From Malacoraja senta (taxonomy: Eukaryota), in contig JAXLNO010000284.1 of assembly GCA_038087875.1 (NCBI GenBank), positions 1-64,000 on the forward strand: DNA of 64,000 bases. The letters run 5' to 3'. Below the pieces are notes generated by a model. The model was not told the DNA's origin and ran no database searches. It worked only from the letters and a program-made list of their open reading frames with translations. How positions within the stretch are numbered: the stretch's first letter is position 1; every line of letters starts with the position of its first letter. Shown one piece after another: positions 37,220 to 49,319 of this stretch. The position numbers were made by a program, and so were the translations under genes.

Positions 37220-38081
37220 TCTATATAATTAAAAGTCTCATCTTGACCACTTCCTGCTTGCACTGCCTATTGATTTTAGAAAAAACGCTACCACCTACGG
37301 TTGTGATTTTTAGTCTTCTTACTCAGAGTCCCCCTCCGCTGCACAGGGCAAGAGGATTTTTCCCATCGATGAAAAATAAAAGAGTTATTTGTGTTTAAAA
37401 AATGTTGAGATTCTCTCTCCTGTCAATCACTGCCATGAAGGCCTAGCGCCTTCTGGTGGGAGGGGGAGGGACTATAAAACCCGGAACTGTGGGAGTGGCT
37501 CAGGGTCTGCAAGACTGGGGAGGGAGAGGTCACCTTGGTGGCCTTGCACCCTGCTTGAAATGGTAACCATATAACCATAACAGCACGGAAACAGGCCATC
37601 TCGGCCCTAGGAACTGCTTTTCACTTTGGTGGCCTTGCACCCTGCTTGAAATGGTATGAAACTGCTTTTGAATTTGGTGGCCTTGCACCCTGCTTGAAAT
37701 GGTAAGAAATTGCTTTTGAATTTGGTGGCCTTGCTCTCTGCTTGAAATGGTAGGAAACTTCATTTGCATTTGGTGGCCTGCACTCTGCTTGAAATGGAAT
37801 TTAAAGGAATAGCCTCGAGTCAACTGCCAGTCCACAAGCCGTTGAGTGAGTGAGCTGCCAGCACACCAGGCTTGAGTGACTGAGCTGCCAGCCCAATAAT
37901 CCATTCGGCCCACAATGTCCATACTAGCCCTCTGGAAACCAGTCCCTTCAGCCCACAACACCCAGAAAGCCCCCCCCCCCACTGGCCACCAATATTGGAA
38001 TTGGTGGAGAGGTGGAATATTGCGTTGGGGGACCAGCCCTCCCGTGTGAACATGGGACCCAACGGGTCCCACTTAGTCTAG
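37220..38081 (+). mobile_element. Non-autonomous Helitron
   Basis: A|TCTATATAATT 5' end; 3' hairpin TGGGACCC-AAC-GGGTCCCA (38053-38071) followed by CTAG|T; no TSD. Confidence 0.75.
37535..37797. repeat. About 48-bp minisatellite inside the Helitron
   Basis: Five copies of TTGGTGGCCTTGCACCCTGCTTGAAATGG. Confidence 0.85.
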
Positions 38082-38159
38082 TATTATCAATAAATTACAT
38101 TTCTGAAATACAATAGTATGTTCCAGAGTTAGAGCCACCGGCTGCTTGCATGCTTGTAC

Positions 38160-38369
38160 CTTAATAATCCCTGCTCTGACAGCTGCCGAGTGTGTCTCCA
38201 TTGCCGGACGAGGATAAAGTGATGCATCTGAGAGGATCTTCTCCAAGCCAGCGAGGAGGGCCTCGAGTTCCTTGTGATGCACCAGCTGTGCTGTCAGTGG
38301 TTCCCCTGTGCTGTCTTGTGATGAACCGAAGAGCACCTTGTGGACAAGTGGGAGCAACGCCGTCTCGTT
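38160..38369 (-). pseudogene. SUN2: SUN2-like exon (NETALLPLVHKVLFG...HKELEALLAGLEKILSD...RAGIIK)
   Basis: gtttag| and |gtacaa, 210 nt, phase 0-0; coiled coil preceding the SUN domain. Confidence 0.75.
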
Positions 38370-38646
38370 CTAAACACACAAGAGCTGGATAGTCAGTGCT
38401 CCTCCTTGTAGACATTGAAATCAATGCAAAGCAGTATCTTTGTCATCTTAAAAAATATATTATTTTACAATTGTTGATCCTTTGGCGAGGGAGACAAGGC
38501 AAGGGAATACATTATAGCTGAAAGGATACTGAACTGTGGTGGGGAACAGAAAGATCTTGGAGAGCTTGTTGTGTAGGAAGGAAATGCAGATGCTGGTTTA
38601 CACTGAAGATAGACACAAAATGCTGGAGTTACTCAGCAGACCAGGC

Positions 38647-39078
38647 ATAGATACATAGACACATAGAAAATAGGTCCAGGAGTAGGCCATTCGGCCCTTC
38701 GAGCCTGCACCGCCATTCAATATGATCATGGCTGATCATCCAACTCAGTATCCCGTACCTGCCTTCTCTCCATACCCCCTGATCCCTTTAGCCACAAGGG
38801 CGACATCTAACTCCCTCTTAAATATAGCCAATGAACTGGCCTCAACTACCCTCTGTGGCAGAGAGTTCCAGAGATTCACCACTCTCTGTGTGAAAAAGTT
38901 TTTCCTCATCTCGGTCTTAAAGGATTTCCCCTTTATCCTAAAGCTGTGACCCCTTGTCCTGGACTTCCCCAACATCGGGAACAATCTTCCTGCATCTAGC
39001 CTGTCCAACCCCATAAGAATTTTGTACGTTTCTATAAGATCCCCTCTCAATCTCCTAAATTCTAGCGAGTATAAGCCA
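38647..39078 (-). mobile_element. CR1 3' fragment, same young subfamily as 21452
   Basis: Near-identical to 21452-21878; sits inside a Penelope-derived inverted repeat. Confidence 0.9.
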
Positions 39079-40419
39079 GATCTAATGCTCTAATGCAGCA
39101 TCTAATGCTCCAGAGATCCTGTCCATCCCGCTGAGTTACTCCAGCATTTTGTTTCTATCTTGTTGTGGGATCTTTGAAGGTAGTGGGACAGTCATCTTGG
39201 AACTGTGGAAAATGTTAGCTCAGCCGTACCTGTAACATTGTGTGGATTCTGGTTGCCTCCCTACAGGATTGATGGGAGTTCACTATAGAGGCACAAGAAA
39301 GGTTTACGACATTGGCAGGACCGGAGAAGAAAGGTTGCAAGGAGAGAGTCGTCAGGAACTGCAGCAGGTAGATTGTTTGAGTGGTTATAATATTATAGAA
39401 AAAAAGACAAAATGCTGGAGTAACTCAGCGGGACAGGCAGCATCTCTGGAGAGAAAGAATAGATCATGTTTCGGATTGAGACCCTTCTTCAGACGTCTCG
39501 ACCCGAAATGTCATCCATCCCTCCCCCCCCCCAGAGATGCTGCCTGTCTCGCTGATGTCTATCTGTGGTGTAATCTGTGGCAGTTCCTTCCTACACATAA
39601 GGTGATGATATTCTGACTGGTCCATTCAGAGTAAACAAGGTAACCATCTTTACTGCACAAAGTTGGAAATGTCATTCAATTGGCACAAGGGTTTGATGCA
39701 ATTATTACAGTGGGCCAAGGGTTCACTGCCTGAATGGTTGTTGGAAGCAGAACTCACATTTACTGGGCACCTGGACCAGCAGTAGAAGAGGCTGTGCGTG
39801 AGATTCACCTGGACTCCCAGCATGTAAAACAGAAGGTGGGAACTATAGGTCAATTGACAGGTACATGGATAGGACATGTTTGGAGGAATATGGACCAAAC
39901 GCAGGCAGGTGGGACTGGTGTAGCTGGGACATGTTGGTGGGTGTGGGCCAGTTGGGCCGAAGGGTCTGTTTCCACACTGTATCACTCTATGATTCTAATT
40001 CATCCAGCACTCATAGTTCACAAGAGGAAATAACTAATAATTTGGTAAACTGCATCTAAGCAAATGTAGCCGACATGGTTTATTGAAAATCATGTGTGAC
40101 AAAACTTGACAGGATGTGATAGGGAGTTGATAAGGGAAACCTGTAAATGTAGGAGGAAGGAACTGCAAATGCTGGTTTAAACCAAACATAGACACAATAA
40201 GCTGGAGTAACTTAGCGGCTCAGATAGCATCTCTGGAGAAAAGGACTTTTCTATTTGTTTTCTCCAGAGATGCTGTCTGACCCGCTGAGTTTCTGCAGAT
40301 TTTTGTGTCTATCTCCTGTAAATGTAGTGTGTATTTAGATCTCCAAAAGGCATTTGCCACATATAAGGGCAAATGTGCTAACATGGACTGAAAGGTGGCA
40401 GTCATATAGAAAAACAAGT

Positions 40420-41260
40420 TAGAAGAAATGCGTGAAAACTGCAGATGGGATAAATCTGAAAAACAAAATGCTGGGAGCACTCGGGTCAGGCTGCATCTGT
40501 AGCCAGAGAAACAGAATTCATGTTTCAAGTCAAAGACCCTTCGTCAGAACTGGGGAGGTGACAACAGAAACTTGTAAAGCTGCACAGGTGGGTGGATGAC
40601 TCTGATAGTGTCAAACCAGGTGACCATGGGGATAAGCTGCACACAAAGTTATCTGGTCAAGGAGTGAATAGGAGCCGTAAGGTGATAAGACAAATAGACA
40701 AAAGATCGTAGCAGTTGCAAAATGCAGAGCAAGAAGACATGTCTAGGAAGGAATGGCAGATGCTGTTTGAACCGAAGATAGACAACGGGACAGGCTGCAT
40801 CTCTGGAGAGAAGGAATGGGTGACGTTTCTGGTGGAGACGCTTTTCAGACAAGACATGTCTGGCAGGTCAGCATGGACATGCCCTCCACATTTGGATAGA
40901 GATTTAAAAAAACAAGCCAACCCAATTATCACAAATGGACAACTGATACTAACAGAGGAATCAAGTTACCCAAGATTAACAAATTCCATTCAAGCCCAGA
41001 GGACTGCCATGAGCCCAAATGGAAGGTGAGATGCCATTCCTCAAGATTGCTTTGAGCCTCATTGCAACAGTGCAGGAAGTCACAGACTGTTCATTCACTC
41101 CCACATCCAAGAGTCAAAATGAGATAACATGAAGCTCAGGAGTGCCCCTTGGATCGAACACAGGTGATCCACAAAGTGGAAACCCAACGCCTGTTTGGTT
41201 TCTCCAATGTAGAGGAGACCACATCGTGAACACAGGGAATGGAGCAGAGGGGGGAAAGGA
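40420..41260 (-). mobile_element. Degraded Penelope-like 3' region
   Basis: CSRCGLLYIGETKQ (GIY-YIG remnant) and a decayed hammerhead motif at about 40521-40548. Confidence 0.65.
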
Positions 41261-41459
41261 GAGACAGTGAGAGAAAGGGAAGAACACGGTAGAGAGGGAG
41301 GGGGAGAGTGGTAGTTGAGTGTTAAAGAAGGAAAGGGAAGAGGGCAAGATACTTTCCACACTTTCCTCTTCACCTCAATCTCTCTCATCATCTCCAAGGC
41401 AACTTTTACTAAGTTTTGGCCTTTTACAGTTAAATAAAAAACTATTCGGGAAAACTTAC

Positions 41460-41615
41460 ATCAGTCATATTTTAATTCTGTTTTCCAAAGCTTGCATGCT
41501 GGAGTCCACGTCCTTCTGTGCCGCACGTACAGCCTGCAGCTCCAGCCGTGTCTGGCTGAGCTGCTCCTCCAGCAGCACCAGTGCAGTCAGTAGCTGTTTC
41601 TGTTCATCTGTCAAC
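41460..41615 (-). pseudogene. SUN2: SUN2-like coiled-coil exon (LTDEQKQLLTALVLLEEQLSQTRLELQAV...ENRIK), frameshifted near its end
   Basis: atatag| and |gtaagt, 156 nt; one extra A would give RIKNMTD and a phase-0 end. Confidence 0.75.
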
Positions 41616-42144
41616 CTATATTAATAATAATCAATATAAATGTATTAGCCAAGTATGTATACATACAAGAACTTGCCTTGATGCTTTGCTTGCAAGGATA
41701 AAAACATGATATACAGTAGACAATTAAAAATAAGACATTATAATTTAAACATGTGGAAATAAAGTACCAGATTAAAGGAGGCTACAGACTTTTGGCTGTT
41801 GTGTCAATCGCGGCTCTGCTCACCCCCCTACGGACAGACTCTACACATCACTGCAAGATACATTTATTTGTCACGTGCCGGTTGGCACAGTGAAATGTGT
41901 GATTACCATACAGCCATACAATCAAAAATAAGAACACAACACATGATAGAGTTCAACATAAAACATCCCCACACAGCAGAATCAAATGTTTCCCACTGTG
42001 AGGGAAGGCACCAAAGTCAGTCATCTTCCTCTAATGTTCCCCACTGTTCACCCGTGGTCGGGGCCTCCCCGAGCCCTCCGCAGTCGCCGCTACGGGCAGG
42101 CAGGAGTGAGGGAAGAGGCCAATCTGCCAGCATTTGACACTCAC

Positions 42145-42366
42145 CTGCACCCTCTCCAGCCGCTCGAAGGGCAGCATGTTCCGAAGCTCCTCCAGTGTCT
42201 GAAGGGTTACCTTGCCCAGCAGCTTGATGACGTGGGCTGGTATCAGCGGGGGAGGGAGGCGTATGGTTTCAGACGGCTCACCGCCCCAGTCTAGCCAAGC
42301 CCGGAAGGCAGCGGTCAGCAGCTCCAGCTCCTTTTCTATTCTCTGCATTCGCACCTGCAGGCCAGC
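42145..42366 (-). pseudogene. SUN2: SUN2-like coiled-coil exon (AGLQVRMQRIEKELELLTAAF...ERLERVQ)
   Basis: ttcctag| and |gtgagt, 222 nt, phase 0-0. Confidence 0.8.
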
Positions 42367-42393
42367 CTAGGAACAGAGCAAGACAGTCAGCTT

Positions 42394-42699
42394 GGGCAGT
42401 ATGGTGATGCAGTGGTAGAGTTGCTGCCTTACAGCGCCAGAGACCCGAGTTTGATCCTGACTACAGATGCTGCCTGTATGAAGTTTGTACATTCTCCCCG
42501 TGACCTGCATGGGCTTTCTCCGAGATCTTTTGTTTCCTCCCACACTCCAATGATGTACTGGCTTGTAGATTAATTGGCTTAGTATTAATGTAAAATTGTC
42601 CCTAGCGTGTGTGGGATGGTGTTAGTGTGCGGGGATCACTGGTCGGTGTGGACCCGGTAGGCCAAAAGGCCTGTTCCTGCGCTGTATCACTAAACTAAA
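42394..42699 (+). mobile_element. tRNA-derived SINE (HE1-like), full length
   Basis: SINE head, conserved core and CTAAACTAAA tail. Confidence 0.8.
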
Positions 42700-43446
42700 G
42701 TCCATATCAACCTGACCCAGAATATAGCCATCGCCGCCCTTCAATGAGACCGTGCACCGCACATTTATTGTCAAGGCCAGGTTCCACAGCATGGAGGGGG
42801 GACACCTCCAACCTAATGCAGGCCAACTGCAGCCAAACTCTCCATCCTGCAACCCCATCACAACCCCCAACTCTCCACCCCATTCACTCTGCCCCCAACC
42901 CACCCAGCAGCCCATCCCTTCTCCTCCACTTATCTCACATCTCTCCTCTATTTTCCCCTCAACTACTTACTCCCCAGGGTGGAAATGTCAAAGAGCTTTA
43001 CGATAAGAGGGATAAAGTTTAAAAGGTGATAGGTTTTTTATACCAGGTGGATGCCTGGAACACGCTCTGCCAGGAGAGGCGGTGGAGGCAGATACGATAG
43101 AGGCATTTGATAGTCGTATGGAGATGCAGGGAATGGTGGGATATGGATCCTGTGCAGGCAAGCAAGATTAGTCATCTTTGCATTATGTTCCACATTGACA
43201 TTGTGGGCTGAAAGGCTATTCCACTGCTGCTCCCTCTCACCTCTGCTCACTGGCCATGGGAAAGCTTTGATCAACATTTCTCCAATGACAGCCCGGTGCT
43301 AGAGTTCAAGTCATACCAGCAACAGAGGGAGGGAGAGGTAGGTAGGGTAGAGGAGAGGAGGGGAGGGGGGTGTGGGGTGTGTGTGGGTGGGTGGGTGGGT
43401 GGGTGTGGGTGTGTGTGGTCCCTGGGTGTGTCTTGTCCCTGTCTTG

Positions 43447-43969
43447 TCTACAGCTCTGCCCTCATCGACCTTTCTGGTCCATCTTCAAAAAAATCAATCA
43501 GATTTGTGAGACACGACCTCCCACGTATAAAACCATGCTGACTATCCCTAATCAGCCCTTGCCCATCCAAATGCCTGTATAACCTATCCCTCAGAATACT
43601 CTCTAGTAACTTTCCAGCTGCAGATGTTAAGCTCACCGGCCTATAGTTCCCAGCATTTTCCCTGCAGCCTTTCTTGAAAAGAGGCACAACATTTGCCACC
43701 CTCCAGTCTTCCAGCACCTCTCTTGTATTTAAGAACGACTCGTAAATTTCCCCTCTAGTTTCCCACAATGTCCTCGGATATATCTGATCAGGTCCTGGAG
43801 ATTTGTCTACCTTCAAACTCGACAGTACCTTCAATACTTCCTCGACGGTAACACTGACTGCTCTTAAGACACTTCCATTGACTGCTCCAAGTTCCTCCGT
43901 CCTACTGTCCTAGCGGAGCTGGTCCTTACCCTCAATCAATTTTCCTTTGACTCCTCCCATTTCCTCCAA
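43447..43969. repeat. Local duplicate of 46949-47472 (CR1 ORF2 piece plus CR1/Penelope junction)
   Basis: About 520 bp near-identical; ORFs 43448-43834 and 47146-47337 match. Confidence 0.9.
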
Positions 43970-44229
43970 CTTATCCAAACCATATCAACCCATCCAAACG
44001 GCGTTAGCAAACCCATCGAGGAGATTGGTCCCAGCCTCGAGGTGCCACCTGCCCTCAGAACCAGTGCCAGTGCCCGAGGAATATACAGCCCTCCCTCCTG
44101 CATCATCACTCCCCTACTCATCACCCACACTCCATTCCCACACCTACACTCACTGTACCAGCTACTGGGAACAATCTGGAGATTAGCATCTTTGCACGCG
44201 TTAGAACAGCGAGTTTATCAAATACAAGC

Positions 44230-44850
44230 ATCCTGATAATAGAATATAAAGACAGGGATGTAACGCTGAGGCTTTATAAGGCACTGGCCAGACCACATTT
44301 GGAGTATTGTGAGCGGTTTTGGGCTCCACATCTGAAGAAGGAAATGCTGGCATTAGAGAGGGTCCAGAGGAGGTTTACGAGAATGATCCCAGGAATGAGT
44401 GGGTTGAGGTGTGATGAGCATTTGTAGGCATTGGGCCTGTACTCGCTGGGCCTGTACTCGCTGTAGGATGAGAAGGGACTTCATTGAAACTTGACGAATA
44501 ATGAAAGGCCAGGATAGAGTGGATGTGGAGAGGATGTTTCCACTAGTGGGAGAGTTTAGGACCATAGCCATAGAACAAAACCACGCACCTTTAGAAAGGA
44601 GACAAGGTGGAATTTCTTTAGTTAGGGAGTGATGAATCTGTGAAATTCATTGCCACAGACGGCTGAGGAGGCCAAGACAATGGGTATGTTTAAGGTGGAG
44701 ATTGATAAGATTCTTGATTAGTACGGGTGTCGGAGGTTATGGGGAACAGGCAGGAAAATGGGGTTGAGAGGGAAAGATAGATCAGCCATGATTGAATAGT
44801 GGAGTACGCTTGATGGGCCAAATGGCCTAATTCTGCTCCTATAATTTATG
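44230..44850 (+). mobile_element. CR1 3' fragment, degraded
   Basis: RPHLEYC remnant and CR1 3' UTR. Confidence 0.75.
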
Positions 44851-45156
44851 AACAATATAACACAACCTCAATTCAGCTGCTTGGACCTCACTCTAATTCC
44901 AATAAGAACCTTGGGCTCGGGATACTCAGTTGACACTATAAATTCACCAGTGTTGTTCTGTCAAACAGACTGCTAAATAAAGCCCTGGGCCAACCCCAAT
45001 CCCTCCCTCCACCTTTAATCCTTTACTCTCAACATGACTGTTTCTCCTCATGCTTTGCCTCAACTGCTCCAACCCTCAGTGAAGATTTTCTCTTCATATT
45101 GTCCTGTAGATATCAATGATCGATGAAGTGAGATGTGAAATGGAGCAGGTCCTTAC

Positions 45157-45200
45157 CCAGTAATGCCAGCAGTACCCACTTCTTCACGTGAGGGACACAC
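45157..45200 (-). pseudogene. SUN2: SUN2-like transmembrane exon (R-CVPHVKKWVLLALLG) with non-canonical acceptor
   Basis: Phase 2-1 fits the neighbouring exon; donor |gtaagg; pyrimidine tract ends in TG rather than AG. Confidence 0.55.
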
Positions 45201-45764
45201 CAGGAGGGGAACACACACAAGTCAGCCGGCTATTGAACCCAACCCCGTCTCAAGCGAGATGGATACAAAAATCTGTCGTAACTCAGTGGGTCGGGCAGCA
45301 TCTCTGGAGTCTGAACAAGGGCGTTGTCCTGAAATGTCACCCATTCCTTCTCTCCAGAGACGCCATGGACCCACGCTGCTGACAGACCGTCAGTCCACAC
45401 ACCCAAAGCTCAGATCCACGGTGACACTGGTGCAAAGATTAGTCAACCTAGGGTGCAGTATCACAGGGCTGTTCTATGGATGTATCTGGGGTAGAGTGAG
45501 GGCAGGCTATCTTGTAGTCCGTGGCTCGAAGGGCCGAATGGCCTACTTCTGCACCTATTTTTCTATGTTTTTCCTATGTTTCTAGTGGGTTTATCTGGGG
45601 TAGTACAAGTGGGTTGGCCTGTGGTGGGTTTACCTGGGGTACAATAAATGGGTTCTCATTTTTAAGTTTAGTTTAAAGACACAGCACAGAAACAGACCCT
45701 TCGGCCCACCGAGTCCGTACCGCCCAACGATTCCCGCCCACTAACACTACCCTACAGACTAGAG

Positions 45765-48700
45765 TCATAAAGTGACACAGTTTGGAAACAGGCCCTTCGG
45801 CCCAACTTGCCCACACCGACCAACAATGTCCCAGCTACACTAGTCCCACTTGCCTGTGCTTAGTCCATATTCCTCCAAACCTGTCCTATCCATGTACCTA
45901 TCTAACTGTTTTTTAAAACGATTGGATAGTCTCAGCCTCAGCTACCTCCTCTGGCAACTTGTTCCATACACCCACCACCTTTTGTGTGAAAACGTTACCC
46001 TTCGGATTCTTATTAAATCTTTTCCCCTTCACCTTGAACATATGTCCTCTGGTCCTCGATTCCCCTACTCTGGGCAAGAAACTGTGCATCTACCCGATTT
46101 ATTCCTCTCATGATTTTGTATGCCTCTATAAGATCTCCCCTCATCCTGCTGAGCTCCATGGAATAGAGACCCAGCCTACTCAACCTCTCCCCATAGCTCA
46201 CACCCTCTAGTCCTGGCAACATCCTCGTAAATCTTCTCTGAATCCTTTCAAGCTTGACAATATTTTTCCTACAACATGGTGCCCCGAACTGAACACAATA
46301 TTCTAAATGCGGTCTCACCAACGTCTTATACAATTGCAACATGACCTCCCAGTTTCCACAATCAAAACTCTGACTGATGAAGGCCAATGTGCCAAATCCT
46401 TTTTGACCACCTTATCTACCTGCGACTCGACCTTCAAGGAACCATGCACCTGCACTCCTGGATCCCTCTGCTCTACAACACTACCCAGAGGCCTACCATT
46501 TACTGTGTAGGTCCTGCCCTTGTTCAGTGTCCCAAAATGCAACATCTCTCACATCTCTGTATTAAATTCCATCAATCATTCCTCAGCCTACCTGGCCAAT
46601 CGATCCAGATCTTGCTGCAACCTTTCACAACCATCTTCACTATCTGCAAAACCACTCACTTTTGTATCATCAGCAAACTTGCTAATCTTGCCCTGTATGT
46701 TCTGATCCAAATCATTGATGTAGATGACAAACAGTAACGGGCCCAGCACCCAACCCCGAGTCACACCACTAGTCACAGACCTCCAGTCCGAGAAGCAACC
46801 TTCCACCGTCACACTCTGCTTCCTTCCATGGAGCTAATTTGCTATCCATTCAGCTATCTTTCCTTGGATCCCATGGAATCTAACCATCCAGAGCAGCCTA
46901 CCATGCAGAACCTTGTAGAATGTCGTACTGAAATCCATGTGCACAAAATCTACAGCTCTGCCCTCATCGACCTTTCTGGTCCATCTTCAAAATAAATCAA
47001 TCAGATCTGTGAGACACGACCTCCCACGTATAAAACCATGCTGACTATCCCCAATCAGCCCTTGCCCATCCAAATGCCTGTATAACCTATCCCTCAGAAT
47101 ACTCTCTAGTAACTTTCCAGCTGCAGATGTTAAGCTCACCGGCCTTTAGTTCCCAGCATTTTCCCTGCAGCCTTTCTTGAAAAGAGGCACAACATTTGCC
47201 ACCCTCCAGTCTTCCAGCACCTCTCTTGTATTTAAGAACGACTCGTAAATTACCCCTCTAGTTTCCCACAATGTCCTCGGATACATCTGATCAGGTCCCG
47301 GAGATTTGTCTACCTTCAAACTCGACAGTACCTTCAATACGTCCTCGACGGTAACACTGACTGCTCTTAAGACACTTCCATTGACTGCTCCAAGTTCCTC
47401 CGTCCTACTGTCCTAACGGAGCTGGTCCTTACCCTCAATAACTTTTCCTTTGACTCCTCCCATTTCCTCCAAATTTTCCTTTGACTCCTCCCATTTCCTC
47501 CAAATCCAAGGCGTATATATGAGCACGCGCATGGGCCCCAGCTATGCCTGCCTCTTTGTAGGGTACGTCGAACCGTGGCCCTATCCCCGACCTCTACCTC
47601 CGCTACATCGACGACTGCATCTGCACCCAGGATGAGGTGTTCCAAACCAGGGCATCGGAGATGTCTTCATTCTTTAGGGAACGGGGAGTTCCCCTCTTTG
47701 TCTACAGATGAGGCTCTCACCAGGGTCTCTTCTTTTTCCCGTAGCTCTGCTCTCACTCCCCATCCCCCTACTTGTAACAAGGGTAGAGTCCCCATTGTCC
47801 ACACCTACCCCCAGCTGTCAAATATAACAGATAATCCTCCGACATTTTCGCCACCTCCAACGGGATCCCACCACTGGCCACATCTTCCCATCTCCTCCAC
47901 TTTCAGCTTTCCGCAGAGACCGCTCCCTCCGTAACTCCCTGGTCAATTCGTCCCTTCCCACCCAAACCACCCCCTTCCCTGGTACTTTCCCTTGCAACCG
48001 CAGAAAATACCACACTTTACCTCCCCCCTTGACTCCATCCAAGGACCTAAGCAGTCTTTCCAGATGAGGCAGAGGTTCACCTGCACCTCGTCCAACCTCA
48101 TCTATTGCATCCGCTGCTCTACATCGGTGAGATCAAGCATAGACTTGGCGATCGCTTCACCCAACACCTCCGCATACTTCTCATTAACCAACCTGATCTC
48201 CCGGTGGCTCAGCACTTCAACTCCCCATCCCATTCCGAATCCGACCTTTCTGTCCTGGGCCTCCTCCATGGCCAGAGGAGTCCCACCGCAAATTGGAGCA
48301 GCACCTCATATTTCGCTTGGGTAGTTAACACTCCAGCGGTATGAACATTGACTTCTCCAATTTCAGGTAGTCCTTCCTTTCTCCCTCCTTCCCCTCCCAT
48401 TCCCAGCTCTCCCACAGCCTACTGTCTCCGCCTCTTCCTTTCTTCTTCCCAACCACCCACCTCCACATCAGTCTGAAGAAGGGTCTCGACCAGAAACGTC
48501 ACCTATTCCTTCGCTCCATAGATGCTGCCTCACCCGCTGAGTTTCACCAGCATTTTTGTCCACCTTCCGTCCTACTGTCTTTCTCCTCGGTAAATACACA
48601 GGAGAAATATTCATTGAGGACTACTACAACAACCTTATTTGACCTCCAGCTGTCTGCAATCTCCTGGCACATTTGTTCTTCTAATTCCCGTTGACTATTC

Positions 48701-49000
48701 GGGCGTCTGTAGTACACCCACAACAAGGCAATCATCCCTTCCTTGTTCCTCAGCTCCACCCATATAGCCTCACTAGACGAACCGTCCGTAATGTCTCCTC
48801 TTTTTCCCTCACTCCTGTCTGTCCTGAAGCTCCTGTACCCCAGAACATTGAGCTGCCAGTCCTGCCCCTCATTTTACCAGGTTTCAGTGATGGCTACAAG
48901 GTTTCAGTCGCTCGTACCTATCCATGCCCTAAGCTCATCTGCCTTACCCATCAGGCCCCCTTTACGTGCAGTTTAAACCAACTCCTCGTTCTCTGCCTTT
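45765..49000 (-). mobile_element. CR1 LINE (older subfamily, internally deleted), interrupted by Penelope
   Basis: RT motifs KFADD, RPHLEYC and KSPGPD; endonuclease remnant VYYRRPNS at about 48700. Confidence 0.8.
47413..48565 (+). mobile_element. 5'-truncated Penelope-like element with 14-bp TSD
   Basis: TSD TCCGTCCTACTGTC (47399-47412 and 48566-48579); homologous to 25243-26690; hammerhead core at 48473-48500. Confidence 0.9.
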
Positions 49001-49100
49001 CACCTGCCTATTCTGTCCACTAACCTTCCACACACCACACTCCATACCAACTTCTAGCCTCTCACGTGTCTCTGTCCTGTACAAGATCCCCCCCCCCCCA

Positions 49101-49290
49101 TCTAGGGACAATTTACAATTAAACTAAGCCAATCAACCTACAAACCTGTACGTCTTTGGAGTGTGGGAGGAAACCGGAGGTACCGGGAAAAACCCACTCA
49201 GGTCATTGGGAGAACGCACAAACTGTGAACAGACAGGACCCGTAGTCAGGATGGAATCTGGGTCTCTGCCGCTGTAAGCGTTGTAAGGCA
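49101..49290 (-). mobile_element. tRNA-derived SINE (HE1-like) fragment
   Basis: Reverse complement of the SINE core. Confidence 0.7.
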
Positions 49291-49319
49291 TTGTCGGGTA
49301 CAGTGAGTGTGGGCTGTTC

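Noticed and set aside
42247..42282. Possible tiny intron (G|gtgagc...ccag) inside the 222-nt exon
   Set aside because: About 45 nt is too short for a vertebrate intron and the frame is open through it.
43241..43320. Possible degraded SUN2 post-transmembrane exon (WY.. to GAG|gtgaga)
   Set aside because: No AG acceptor, stops in the required frame and unconvincing similarity.
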